NCBI RefSeq assembly: GCF_001194135.2
Contig: NC_068989.1
Coordinates: 79,198,901 to 79,234,549, forward strand
Length of the DNA: 35,649 nucleotides
Direction of reading: 5' to 3'
Source: Octopus bimaculoides
Taxonomy: Eukaryota
Positions 10,975-22,957 of the stretch are shown in pieces. Both the position numbers and the translations under genes were made by a program. Every line of letters starts with the position of its first letter. Positions within the stretch are counted from its first letter, which is position 1. The notes under the pieces were generated by a model that was given only the letters and a program-made list of their open reading frames with translations, searched no databases and was not told where the DNA came from.

Positions 10975-11497
10975 GGAAGAGGTAGGCCCAGGAAGACCTG
11001 GGCTGAGGTGGTGAGGCAAGACCTTCGTACATTGGGCCTCACCGAGGCGATGACTACTGACCGAGACCTTTGGAAATGTGCTGTGCGTGAGAAGACCCGG
11101 CAAGCCAAGTAAGATCGTTGCAAGTGCCCCTGGACTGGTTCTTGTGCGGGTGGCACATGAGATGCACCATTTTGAGCGTGGCCGTTGCCAGTACCACCTG
11201 ACTGGCTCCTGTAGGATTTTTGAGCGAGATCGTTGCCAGTGCCCCTGGACTGGCTTGTGAGGGTGGCACATAAAAGACACCATTTCGAGTGTGGCCGTTT
11301 TCGTGCAGGTGACACGTAAAAGCACCCACTACACTCTCTGAGTGGTTGGCGTTAGGAAGGGCATCCAGCTGTAGAAACTCTGCCAAATCAGACTGGAGCC
11401 TGGTGTTGCCATCCGGTTTCACCAGTCCTCAGTCAAATCGTCCAACCCATGCTAGCATGGAAAGCGGACGTTAAACGATGATGATGATGATGATGAT
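10975..11497 (+). mobile_element. RTE-type LINE, 5'-truncated: ORF2 C-terminus plus complete 3' UTR
   Basis: Frame from 10975 reads GRGRPRKTWAEVVRQDLRTLGLTEAMTTDRDLWKCAVREKTRQAK with stop at 11110-11112. GRPRKTW is typical of RTE ORF2 ends. The 3' UTR ends in (GAT)n. Confidence 0.85.
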
Positions 11498-11881
11498 ATA
11501 TAAAATATATTTCATGTTGTTTAAGTAGTCCTGACAGCTGTCCAATAAATTAATGCAATGCTATGGAAAATGCTCAGCGGCATTTCATCTATCTTTATGT
11601 TCTAAGTTCAGATCTTGGCATGGTAAATTTTGCTTTTCATCTTTTGAGGGTTGATGAAACAAGTACCAGTTGAACACTGGGGGTTGATGTAGTTGATTTA
11701 TTGAAATCATTATTATGCATGCATACATGCACCTAAAACAGGTATAAAGGGCAGTCATTTGTGTATCAGTTTGTGTTCTGAGTTCAAATCCTGCCAAAAG
11801 CAACTTTACCTTTCATCTTTTTGGTGTTGATTAAATAAAGTAGCAGTGTACTTGTGTCAAATACTGGGGACTGTAATTATC

Positions 11882-12110
11882 TGACCCTTTAACATTCAGA
11901 ATTCCTGTCAAATGTAATGCTTATTGATGCACATATTTTGAAGTGGTCTCACATCATCTTTTGGCTCTGAAATTTTGATGACATGATTGTTTATTTTTAG
12001 AATAACACTGTAGGATAGGTGTGAGAGGCCAGATATGGCTAGTTTGAACATAAGTTAAGTACAATATTTAGACATGAGTTTTATGCCCCTAGAAACAATA
12101 AACCTAAAAA
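11882..12110. mobile_element. Degenerate MITE family with TTAACCCTTT-like ends (piggyBac-like)
   Basis: Reverse-complement similarity to 7850-7935; a related end TTAA|CCCTTT lies at 8182-8191. The ends are degraded. Confidence 0.35.
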
Positions 12111-12343
12111 GACAGACATGATAGTTACAGCTGAAATATCTTTGATCATGGGCCTGTTTGATTTGAGCTGACTTGGTGAGGGCTAAACCACAAAATGAAC
12201 TAAGTTAGTTGAGCGACTGACTTACAAACTGTTATTTTTCTGACATGTGAACAAGATGGAGAAATGTCAATGCAAATGAATGAGTCATGCTCAGTGAAAA
12301 AAACTGATGTGATCTATTTATTGATTAGTGATATTACAATAGA

Positions 12344-12474
12344 AACTAGAAAAGCACTCGGAGAACGCAGACCTCCGCCAAGCAGCTTATTTCCACCCTT
12401 ATACACACATGCTGAAAATCGCCCAATTTTCCAAACCAACACCGGCAAAAACATAACCTCCTTGGCGGGGGTAA
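12344..12474 (+). mobile_element. Short Helentron-type element
   Basis: ACCTCCGCCAAG (12371-12382) versus CTTGGCGGGGGT (12461-12472), one mismatch; 3' hairpin ACCTCC-TTGGC-GGGGGT; the interior differs from the long copies. Confidence 0.6.
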
Positions 12475-12562
12475 AAAAAAATAACACCGCCATATGATTT
12501 TTTAAAAAACCCTAACCCTAACCATACCAAACTAAACCTATCTACCTACTTTACATCCCTCT

Positions 12563-12773
12563 GTGGCCAGTTTAGTATCAATCATCCCACGTAAAAAGCA
12601 CTCTGTACATTCTGTAAAGTGGTTGATGTTAGGAAGGGCATTCAGCTATAGAAACTGTGCTAAATCAGACAATTGGAGCCTGGTGCAGACCCCCAGTTTG
12701 CCAGCTCTTGTCAAACTGTCTGACCCATACCAACATGGAAAATGCACAATAAATGATAATGATGATGATGATG
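12563..12773 (+). mobile_element. RTE LINE 3' UTR fragment (older)
   Basis: AGGAAGGGCATTCAGCTATAGAAAC core and (GAT)n tail. Confidence 0.75.
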
Positions 12774-12864
12774 ACATGTGGCCTTTCTGTTGAATTATTG
12801 GAAAGAAAGAGCAAGAGAAGTGTTTTGTAACTTTAGGGTAAGAGTATGAAATGAAAAGCTACAG

Positions 12865-13160
12865 ATTATCATCATCATCATCATTTAACATCTGCTTTCC
12901 ATGCTAGGATGGGTTGGACGATTTGACTGAGGACTGGTGAACCAGATGGCTGCACCAGGCTCCAGTTTGATCAGGCAGTGTTTCTACAGCTGGATGCCCT
13001 TCCTAACGCCAACCACTCCAAGTGTAGTGGGTGCTTTTACGTGCCACCGGCACGAAGGCCAGTCAGGCGGTACTGGCAACAGCCACGCTCAAAATGGTGT
13101 ATTTTATGTGCCACCTGCACAGGAGCCAGTCCGGCGGCACTGGCAACGATGTCGCTCGAT
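12865..13160 (-). mobile_element. RTE LINE 3' UTR fragment
   Basis: (CAT)n followed by TTTAACATCTGCTTTCCATGCTAGGATGGGTTGGACG, the reverse complement of the family end. Confidence 0.8.
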
Positions 13161-13231
13161 TGTCTTTACAAGTGCCAGGATGGGGACACTGGGCGTCTTA
13201 TATAACCAAATGTATTCTGTATTTCTTTTTC

Positions 13232-13776
13232 NNNNNNNNNNNNNNNNNNNNNNNNNNNNNNNNNNNNNNNNNNNNNNNNNNNNNNNNNNNNNNNNNNNNN
13301 NNNNNNNNNNNNNNNNNNNNNNNNNNNNNNNNNNNNNNNNNNNNNNNNNNNNNNNNNNNNNNNNNNNNNNNNNNNNNNNNNNNNNNNNNNNNNNNNNNNN
13401 NNNNNNNNNNNNNNNNNNNNNNNNNNNNNNNNNNNNNNNNNNNNNNNNNNNNNNNNNNNNNNNNNNNNNNNNNNNNNNNNNNNNNNNNNNNNNNNNNNNN
13501 NNNNNNNNNNNNNNNNNNNNNNNNNNNNNNNNNNNNNNNNNNNNNNNNNNNNNNNNNNNNNNNNNNNNNNNNNNNNNNNNNNNNNNNNNNNNNNNNNNNN
13601 NNNNNNNNNNNNNNNNNNNNNNNNNNNNNNNNNNNNNNNNNNNNNNNNNNNNNNNNNNNNNNNNNNNNNNNNNNNNNNNNNNNNNNNNNNNNNNNNNNNN
13701 NNNNNNNNNNNNNNNNNNNNNNNNNNNNNNNNNNNNNNNNNNNNNNNNNNNNNNNNNNNNNNNNNNNNNNNNNNNC
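13232..13776. other. Assembly gap (545 N)
   Basis: Run of N. Other gaps: 3226-3235, 24356-24531, 29401-29410, 35307-35316. Confidence 0.99.
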
Positions 13777-14098
13777 TGCATCAGTGAACAGGTCACGGTC
13801 TCAAAGCAACGAAGATATTTTGACAAATTAAATTTAAATGTTGAAGTGAATCTAACGGTTTTTGTGTGTTATTTTAAATGGCTTATAAACACCTTCCACG
13901 CTGCAATTGTTTTCATTCCAGCACACGATCTCAGATCAGGTCACTTGCTATGCAAGTACATCTCCGTAATATATATAGTTTTAGAGAAAAGAACCAAAGT
14001 TCTTTCTAATATTAATTTAATTTTAAGTTTTGATAAATTGAATTTGAGTTTTTACCTGTAAATTTGGATTTTTATCCCTATTATTATTATTATTATTT

Positions 14099-14135
<37 letters not shown>

Positions 14136-14228
14136 GTATTATATGTGCTGTATTGTATGTGTTGACGTGTGTGTGTCATTGTCTATTTATTTATTGTGTA
14201 ATTGTTCTTATTGGTTCTGTGCTTACAG

Positions 14229-14373
14229 GAGATAGGCTACACATGCGGTCTGCAGGTAAAGATCGGCATGGTCATGAAATGCAGCGTCAACAGGACAAAG
14301 AGAAAGAACGTGAACGACGTCTGAAAGACGAGGTACGAGAAGCACGCAAACGAGAGGAATCTAGACGAGAAAG
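14229..14373 (+). CDS. CDK11: CDK11-like, third coding exon (RE-rich region)
   Basis: Acceptor CTTACAG|; phase matches (A+GA = Arg). Encodes DRLHMRSAGKDRHGHEMQRQQDKEKERERRLKDEVREARKREESRRE, consistent with the Arg/Glu-rich CDK11 p110 N-terminus. Donor AG|GTAACT at 14373/14374. The three exons total 470 nt with no stop. The kinase domain is not in the window. Confidence 0.75.
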
Positions 14374-15319
14374 GTAACTGCATGAATTTTTTTTTGTCCT
14401 TTTTTTTTTCTTGATGTCTTAAAATCCATTTTGCTGCTGATTAACTTGCAGTTAACTTACACATCTATGTTATATATAACTGTGCAGCATGATAGGTTGT
14501 GGTAACTGCCTGTTTTGTTGCTCTTTCTTTTTTCCATTCGATTTTTCTTTTACATGAATATATATCTAAATTATTTGTATGGAGAGCTGGATTGTTAAAT
14601 AGGTGGTAACTTTATGATTTATAGTTATAAAACCATTTTATTATATTATGGCTATGTTTACAAATTTTAAAGTGTTTTTTTTTTTGCCTCTAAAATCCAT
14701 CTGCTGTGAATTATTTAAACACAAGGTCAGCAATTTTCGAGGGGAGGGGTATGTGGATAGAATCATCTCCAGTACTTGACCGTACTTTATTCATTGATCC
14801 TGAAAGGCACAAAGTGACCTTAGTGGGGTTTGAACTCTGAACATAGAGAGCCAGAACAAGTTTTTCTGATGCTCTAATGTTTCTGCCAATCCACTATTTT
14901 TTTTATCATGAATTTTAGTGGTAATGATATCCACAATGAATTATAATAATCAGTTATGAAATTGTCAGTGTTGTTTTTAGTACCTTGTACCAGATTTGGT
15001 CTCTGATCTCTGGCTCTTACATATCATTTCTAGTCTGGTAGGTGATCCTCTATCAGACATGTTTCCATCCTTTTCTTACTTATTCCATTACTAGGCTGTT
15101 GTTGTTGTATTTAAGATCCAGGCCCTAATTGAGTTGACCTATGACCGAAAGCATTCCAACTCTGACCATAAGCACATCATTTTCATCATCATCATTTAAC
15201 ATCTGTTTTTCCATGCTGTCATGTGTTGGACGGTTTAATGCAGTTGTTCTCAACCATTTTTTTGCCTATGGAACCCTTTGATTTCTGTTTTGCTCTGATA
15301 GACCTCCATAGCCATTCTA

Positions 15320-16073
15320 TTCTTTTATCCTTTTATTGGTTTGTCATCTTGACTGTGGCCATGCTGGAGCACCGCCTTTAGTCGAACAAATCGACCCGAG
15401 GACTTATTCCTTGTAAGCCTAGTACTTACTTATTCTGTCGGTTCTCTTTTGCCAAACCGCAAAGTCACAGATGACATAAACACACCAGCATTAGTTGTCA
15501 AGCAATGGTGGGAGGACAAACACACACACACATTCACGTTAGGCTTCTTTCAGTTTCCATCTACCAAATTCACTCACAAGGCTTTGGTCGGCCCAAGGCT
15601 ATAGTAGAAGACACTTGGCAAAGGTGCCACACAGTGGGACTAAACTTGGAACCATGTGGTTGGTAAGCAAGCCAGGAATTTACTCTTTTACTTGTTTCTG
15701 TCATTTGACTGCGGCCATGCTGGAGCACCACCTTTAGTCGAGCAAATCAACCCCCAGGACTTATTCTTTGTAAGCCTAATACTTATTCTGTCGGTCTCTT
15801 TTGCCGAACCGCTAAGTTACAGGGATGTAAACACACCAGCATCGGTTGTCAAGCAATGTTGGTGGGGACAAACACATACACACATATATATATATACATA
15901 TACATATATACAATGGGCTTTTTTCAGTTTCCATCTACCAAATCCACTCACAAGGCTTTGGTCGGCCCGAGGCTTTAGTAGAAGACACTTGCCCAAAGTG
16001 CCACGCAGTGGGACTGAACCCGGAACCGTGTGGTTGGTAAGCAAGCTACTTACCACACAGCCATTCCTACACC
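15320..16073 (-). mobile_element. Two tandem family A SINEs (about 15320-15674 and 15682-16073)
   Basis: Both read as the reverse complement of the family A consensus; the first lacks the start of its tRNA head. Confidence 0.85.
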
Positions 16074-17232
16074 TATATTGTATAAAAAAGACTAAAATAT
16101 TTTGTGTGCTGTAGAAGTACAAGCAATTAATTGCACAGATTTTAGCAACAAAATCTAATATGGACTTTAGTTGGGGACCTCAGGTTTGGCAGTATTGAGC
16201 CAGCTGTAGGGCTGTGTCAAGCTCCAAAGTCAGCTTTTGGCATGGTTTCAATGACTGGACCCCCTTCATTAATGCCAACCACTTTACAGTGTGTATTGAA
16301 TGTTTCTTTTTGTTGTTGTCGTTGTTTTGTTTTTGCACAATCAGTACTAGTGACGTCGCTGAGTGACTTGCAAGACATGGAAAGAACAGGAAAAGCTCCC
16401 TCAACTAAGTGGAGGACGGTATGTGTGAGGCAGGGGTTGGCTTTATGCCAGGTGTTGAAAGGCTGAAGTATGATAGGGGGACAAGTAAAAGTGTCTTCTT
16501 ATAGAAGAGATAAACAGCCTCCCTGCTTTGTATAAGATTGGGTGGGAGTAGTTGGGTAGAAGATAAAGATGGTAGTGGTGGAGTGCTGGATCAAACTGTC
16601 AAGGTACCAGAAGGTAAGCATGGACACTGGATTGGGGTGAGGTCGGGTGGTGGAAAGAGAAGGTATGTAGTTTCATAAGAGTGAGGGGGAGAGTAACAGA
16701 TGGTTTGAGATGAGGGTAGAGGTGACCGTAGTGAAAGCATAGTACATCTTGCCTTGGGAAGTGAAGTTCTCCACCAAACAGCCATGCTAGAATGTATTTC
16801 TCTTCTTTTCCAATACTTTTACTTGTAGAACAGTTTTGCTGTATTACATGTAGTCTGTTCGCTTGTTAGATAGCAGGAAGGAGAGAGTGAGAGAGAGAGA
16901 GACAGGAAGATGAAGACAGAGAAGTTCTTATGTAACTTTGAGTAGAATTATCAAATAGAAAGCTACAGATTACATTCTTTTATATTTGTTTATAATTTAG
17001 GCTCAAAGCTAGCTATTTTTAAGGCAAGGAGCTTTATCAACTACACTGATCCCAATATTAGACTGATACTTTATTTCATAGACCCCACCAGAAGGAAAAA
17101 AGATGGGAGTTGACCGTAGCTGGATTTGAACTTGGAATATAAAAAATACCAGAAGAAATATTACAAAACATTTTGTCCAGCACTCTTGTGATTCTGACAG
17201 TTTTTTTTTTTTTTTTTTCCTAAGATTATTAC

Positions 17233-17698
17233 TTGCGTTGGTTTGGTCATGTGATGTGTATGAACGATGACAGCTGCGTAAAGGAGTGCTGAGCTCTAAT
17301 TGTGGAGGATACCTGTGGAAGGGGTAGGCCCAGGAAGACGTGGGACAAAGTGGTGAGAAAGGATCTTTGGACACTGAGCCATCGGAAGATGTGGCGATTT
17401 ACTGTACTTGATAAGATGTATCAAGCTAAGAAAAACTCGCTGTCTTCCTTACATACAGGCTTGTTCTTTCAGGTGCCAGTGCCCCTCAAAAGGCACCTGT
17501 GCCAGTGCTGCATAAACACACCCGTGCTGGTGGCATGTAAAAAGCACCCAGCACATTCTGGCAAGTGGTTGGCATTAGGAAGGGCATCCAACCATAGAAA
17601 TCATGCCGCAACAGACATTTGGGGTCTGGACAGCTCTATGTCACACCATCCAACCCATGCCAGCATGGAAAGCGGATGTTAAATGATGATGATGGTGA
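17233..17698 (+). mobile_element. RTE-type LINE remnant: decayed ORF2 C-terminus plus 3' UTR
   Basis: Reads LRWFGHVMCMNDDSCVKEC*ALIVEDTCGRGRPRKTWDKVVRKDL, with WFGHV and GRPRKTW motifs and an in-frame stop, followed by the family tail. Confidence 0.85.
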
Positions 17699-17726
17699 TT
17701 AATGACTTGTTACATTTTGCAGATTT

Positions 17727-18100
17727 GAGTGGCTGTGTGGTAAGTAGCTTGCTTACCAACCACATGGTCCCAGGTTCAGTCCCACTGCGTGGCACCTTGG
17801 GCAAGTGTCTTCTACTATAGCTTCGGGCCGACCAAAGCCTTGTGTGTGGATTTCGTAGACGGAAACTGAAAGAAGCTCGTCATATATGTATATATATATA
17901 TATGTATATGCTTGTCCCATCCAACATCGCTTGACAACCGACTTTGGTGTGTTTACGTCTCCGTAACTTAGCAGTTCGGTAAAAGAACCCGATAGAATAA
18001 GTACTAGGCTTACAAAGAATAAGTCCTGGGGGTTGATTTGCTCGACTAAAGGCGGTGCTCCAGCATGGCCGCAGTCAAATGACTGAAGCAAGTAAAAGAG
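17727..18100 (+). mobile_element. Family A SINE
   Basis: Full head, core, microsatellite and tail as in 6985-7388. Confidence 0.85.
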
Positions 18101-18507
18101 TATACACATTAATGTATTAGTTTCATATTTTGGCACAAGGTCATCATTTTCGGGTGAGGAGATTATATTGATCTCAGTGCTCAGCTGGTACTTATTTATC
18201 GATCTCGTAAGGATGAAAATCAGTCTCAGTGAAATTTGAACTCGGAGTGTAATGACGAATGAAATACTGTTAAGCATCCTGCCTGACGTGCGAACAGTTC
18301 TGCCAATTCATCACCTTATATACATTAATGTATTGAAGTGCTTTTAATTATTAATTTTTCTATATGTGACAGTGGATTTTCATTGATGAGTTCATGAACC
18401 TTGGTTCTTTTCCCTAAAACTATATATTTATATATGTATGTTGAGGCATATATATGTGTGTGTGTGTGCGTGTGTTGGGGCAAGTGAAATCGAAACTGAA
18501 CCAAATT

Positions 18508-18944
18508 CGATGACTGGCACCTGTGCCAGTGGAGCGCTAACAGCACCATCCCAGCGTGATCACTGCCAGAGCAGTGGTCTGACTTCTGTCCCAATGGCAC
18601 GTAAAAAGAACCATTTGAGCGTGATCGTTACCAGCGACGCCTTACTGGCACTTGTGCTGGTGGCATGTGAACAAAACATTCGAGCGAGGTCGTTGCCAGC
18701 GCTGCTGGACTGACTCCTGTGCAGGTGGCATGTAAAAAAAAAACCATTTGAGCGTGGCCGATGCCAGTATCGCCAGACTGGCCCTCGTGTCGTTGGCATG
18801 TAAAAGCACCCAGTACACTCTTGGAGTGGTTGGCGTTAGGAAGGGCATCCAGCTGTAGAAACTGGTGCAGCCATCTGGTTCGCCAGTCCTCAGTCAAATT
18901 GTCCAATCCATGCTAGCATGGAAAGCGGACGTTAAATGATGATG
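18508..18944 (+). mobile_element. RTE LINE 3' UTR with expanded internal subunits
   Basis: Repeated TGGCA(C/T)GTAAAA modules, then the standard core and tail. Confidence 0.8.
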
Positions 18945-21467
18945 TAGAGAGAGAGAGAGATTTGTGTGTGTATGTTCACATTTCATGGCTGCAGCTTTAC
19001 TAGTCACCGCCTTAACAAAACAGTGACGTGATGTTTGCATTGCCTGTTCACATTATGATTGATGATTGGAAGAGTATCGACCCATAAAAATGCAGCCTCA
19101 AATATGCCTCCATCCAACCCCACTAGCATGGAAAGTGAAAGTAAAGTAAACAAATGAAGAACGCCATCTTCATGTGGTTATTGATTAATGAGATAAGGTT
19201 TAACTTATTAAAACCTACATAAGATTTACAGGTTCTCTGATTTAATATTGACTATAGGGGTATGGCTGAATGTTTGAGAAAATTGCCATTTGGTTTCGGG
19301 TTCAGTTCCACGGCATGGCACCGTAGGGAAGTTTGTTCTGCTATTGCTAAGAACCAACCAAAGCTTTAAAAGTGGATTTTGTAAACAGAAACTGAAAGAA
19401 GCCTGTTATGTGTATGTATCTGTCTTGACATTGTGCCATAGTTGTCAACAAACATTACTCTTATACTAATGGTGTCATTCACTTGCAATCTTCTGTGAAA
19501 ACATGTCTGGCCTTTGTGCTGTTCATGTTTGAAGCACTAAGGGAAATGTTTCTTCGTATAGAAACAGGCATGGGTTGGCAATGGAAAGGGTGTCCAGCTG
19601 TAGAAAATCTGCCTCAATGAATTTTGTCTGACCTGCACAAGCATGACATGATATATGTTAAAAGAATGATGTTGAAGTTGATTGTAATGTGGATTACAAG
19701 ATATCACATAACACTTCATTTTAAGTCATTCAAATTTTTTTTTTTTTTCTTGTGGAGATAATTTTCTCTGCGTATATGGTCAAAAGGCCTTTGACTTTTT
19801 GTTTTTTTCCATAGTTTACTAGAATTATAGTGTTAAATTGCTTGAGGTGTTAATACATTGTGTTCATAAAGGTGGCAATCTGGCAGAATCATTAGCATAC
19901 CGGACGAAATGCTTCGTAACATTTCAGCTGTCCTGTTCTCAGTTCAGCTGCTACCATGGTTGACTTTATTTTGCATCCTTTCGGGGGTTGATAAATAAAT
20001 GCCAGTTATGCACAGGGTTCGATGTAGTCTACTTCCCCTCCCCTCAAAATTGCTGGCCTTGTGCCAAAATAAGGAATGGATATATAAAGTACATATGGGT
20101 TGCTTGTTCATCAAATTATTGGTTACTTAGTCTCAAGTTAGGCCTATGGTCAAAACCATGCAGCCATGACCATTGTTTTTGCATGCCGAGAACTACCTTA
20201 TCTGATGTGTCCTTCTGTCTTTAAGATGGATGTGTGTATGTAATTTTAGTAAGAGGAAGATTTGGCTACTATATCTAGCAAATGTAAAGAGACTATGTAG
20301 AGGCTCTTGTTGATTTCTATATACTACTTAGTAGTTTAGGGGTATTTTGTGGTTGGTTGGTAGGTATGTAGGTTTAAAACCTCAAAGGAAATTTTCTCAG
20401 GATGGATCCTTTCAGATTTGTCTCCTCTTGGATTCTAGTTACAGGTTATGTTTTTCATTTTAAATGTTATCAATAGACATTAAAATAGTTTAATTGTTAA
20501 AAACAGTATTTAAAAATATACAAACATGAAGAAATCATTTAGACAAATCATGTCATTGTTGTTATTTTTCTTTTTGTGTGTGTCTGTGCTTTCTTTTTCT
20601 TTTTTTCATTTCATGTTGTCATCATATCCATCTCTTCATTTCAAGACACAAGTATTTACTTCTCCATAAATATTCCACCTCATTTACTGAGGTGTGCCAC
20701 CAAAGCCCACTCAAAGCCACTATAACCAAGCTCAAGAATAACATCTCAGCTCATCATCGTTTTTTTCATCATTTCACCATTTTCTTTTATTAAAACACTT
20801 CTATTTGTTTTTGCCATCTCATCTTCACACCAGCTTCTTCACACAACTCGTCGTTACTGATGAAGGCCATTGGACCTCAGAACATTTGAAAAGTCGTTCG
20901 TTAATTTCCTCATGATGTATGTCTATTTCTCAGTGATGGCATGATGTCAACGAGTCAGCTTCCTTAGGCCAAAAGCAGAATGCTGCTTTGTCTGAAAGTA
21001 AAACCTGATATTCCTTTTGGTTTTCTCTTATATCATTCATGTTCCTTTGAATTTTATTTTCATTTTAATTTTTTAAAAACTTCTATTTCTTTCTTACTTC
21101 TAAGAAACATATTTCTCTCACTGAATGTATGTTTGCTTTCACTAAAATTATCTGTGCACCTTTTCACTTCCTTGTGTGATGCAGAGTAATTCATTATATA
21201 GATATGTGTGCATGTGTATGTCTATACATGCACACATACATTGTTGTAAGGTATGCAGAAAACATAATCGGTATTTTTAAGCTTTATATTATAGACACAC
21301 ACTTCCTCAGTATTATAATAAACAACACAATATGATGTTTGTTGCATGTCCTTGTATACTCCAGTCATACATGTTGTATGTAAGCAAGGTGGTATACCAG
21401 ACTAAAAGAGGATAGAGGGCGAGATAGTAGGATAGTGTTCGGCACACTTGATTTTTTTAAAATCATG

Positions 21468-21510
<43 letters not shown>

Positions 21511-21512
<2 letters not shown>

Positions 21513-21668
21513 TCATCATCATCATCGTTTAACGTCCGCTTTCCATGCTAGCATGGGTTGGACAACTTGACTGAGGACTGGTGAAACCGGATGGCAACAC
21601 CAGGCTCCAATCTAAATTTGGCAGAGTTTCTACAGCTGGATGCCCTTCTTAACGCCAACCACTCAGAG
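21511..21668 (-). mobile_element. Young, short RTE tail next to (TA)n
   Basis: (CAT)n-CGTTTAACGTCCGCTTTCCATGCTAGCATGGGTTGGAC, nearly identical to the reverse of 11345-11497. Confidence 0.85.
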
Positions 21669-22037
21669 ATATGCAAACACATATATATGTGTTTGCATAT
21701 CTACACTAGCATGGGAGAGAAGCTAGGTTGTACCTGTAATAAACCCAGACTGAGTGCTCATCCATTTAACCTTTGGTAACATAGAGAAAAGGGCATCACA
21801 CATACAAATATTTTAAATAGACTTGCTGTTGGTGCTACCCTAACAATCTAGAGTTCATTGAATTAGTTCTAAATTCGAAATTAAATTAATTAGCGTTGAA
21901 GTCGGTTTTAGCGTCACAAACATTAACTAATTAGCTCAGGTAAATAAAGAGGTGTAATTGCTGTAAAATATATCTAGTGGGAGAGACAGTTATTTCGACA
22001 TGTTCGTCTGTTAAGCTCTAATATTTTTGCCATCATT

Positions 22038-22080
<43 letters not shown>

Positions 22081-22334
22081 CTGTCATAATGGTATTTGGC
22101 TAAGAACTGATCTTCAATCCTGCGAGGCATGTTGTTCTGAAAGATCAAATTCCTAAACTATCCAAGCAAAAGTTTGCATTTGTAAAACCCTCTCAGTATC
22201 TGCTTTGTACACTTTACCTTACACTTTCACCCATCAATGCATAAAGTTTAATTTCCATTCTCAGTTTATTACAACTTAATAACACGAAAGATAAAAAAAG
22301 TGAGGGTGATAAAAGTTACAAAACTTCTTACCAG

Positions 22335-22700
22335 ACAGGCATGGCTGTGTGGTAAGAAGTTTGCTTCTCAACCACAAGGTTCTGAGTTCAATCCCTACTA
22401 TAGCTTCAGGCCGACCAAAGCCTTGTGAATGGATTTGGTTGGCAGAAACTGAAAGAAGCCTATCTTATGTATGTATGCGTGTGTCTTTGTGTTTGTTTCC
22501 CCGGCACCACTTGACAACCAGTATCGGTTTGTTTGTATCCTCATTGCTTAACATTTTGGCAGAAGAGTCCAATAGAATGAGTACTAGGCTTTAAAAAAAA
22601 AATTAGGTACTGGGGTCGATTTGTTCAACTGGGATTTTTCAAGGCAGTGTACCCAGCGTAGCTGCAGTCTAATAACTGAAACAAGTGAAAGATAAAAGAT
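22335..22700 (+). mobile_element. Family A SINE (diverged)
   Basis: Head CAGGCATGGCTGTGTGGTAAGAAG, partial core and family tail. Confidence 0.75.
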
Positions 22701-22957
22701 ATTAGTTTGGGTTCATAAAAAGTTAAAATTAAAGCACTTCATGTTTTATGATTGCCTTGTTTTGTGGGGACACCGAATATTAAAGGGTTGATCTGCTGGT
22801 ATTTTAAATCTAACTGAAGGAAAGTTGTTTCTTTCAACTCTAGGTTTATGGCTTTTCATTTCTCATGGCAAGAGATTCAGTAACTGTAAATCCAGGGGCT
22901 CTCATCTGTTTCTTTGTCTATGGACCCTTTTGATTAATATTTTTGATTACGTTAATC

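Noticed and set aside
10921-11422. Overlapping ORFs of 120-134 aa (similar ones at 134-508, 18560-18906, 22947-23222)
   Set aside because: Chance frames in the GC-richer RTE 3' UTR; they recur wherever the repeat occurs.
12508-12523. AACCCTAACCCTAACC telomere-like run
   Set aside because: Fewer than three units; too short to call an interstitial telomere.
12920-12950. CTGAGGA...GAA(A) on the antisense strand of RTE tails
   Set aside because: Only 5 nt separate the motifs and they cannot form stem II; the match is incidental.
12937-14061. Long ORFs of 374, 266 and 240 aa
   Set aside because: They are long only because they read through the 545-N gap; the flanks are LINE UTR and repeat sequence.
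14226-14260. NAGNAG acceptor (CAGGAG) and internal donor CAG|GTAAAG at 14255/14256
   Set aside because: GAG acceptors are rarely used and the internal donor would shift the frame; the sequence gives no further support.
18508-18830. Repeat-spacer-like periodicity resembling a CRISPR array (also 22958-23061)
   Set aside because: The intervening sequences are homologous to each other and to the LINE UTR, there is no cas gene, and the context is eukaryotic.
20912-20996. ATGATG...CTGA pattern suggesting a C/D snoRNA
   Set aside because: The C box is not RTGATGA, and there is no terminal stem or recognisable guide.
21860-21960. Cluster of TAAT/TAATTA homeodomain-like sites
   Set aside because: Expected by chance in DNA this AT-rich, and there is no conservation data.
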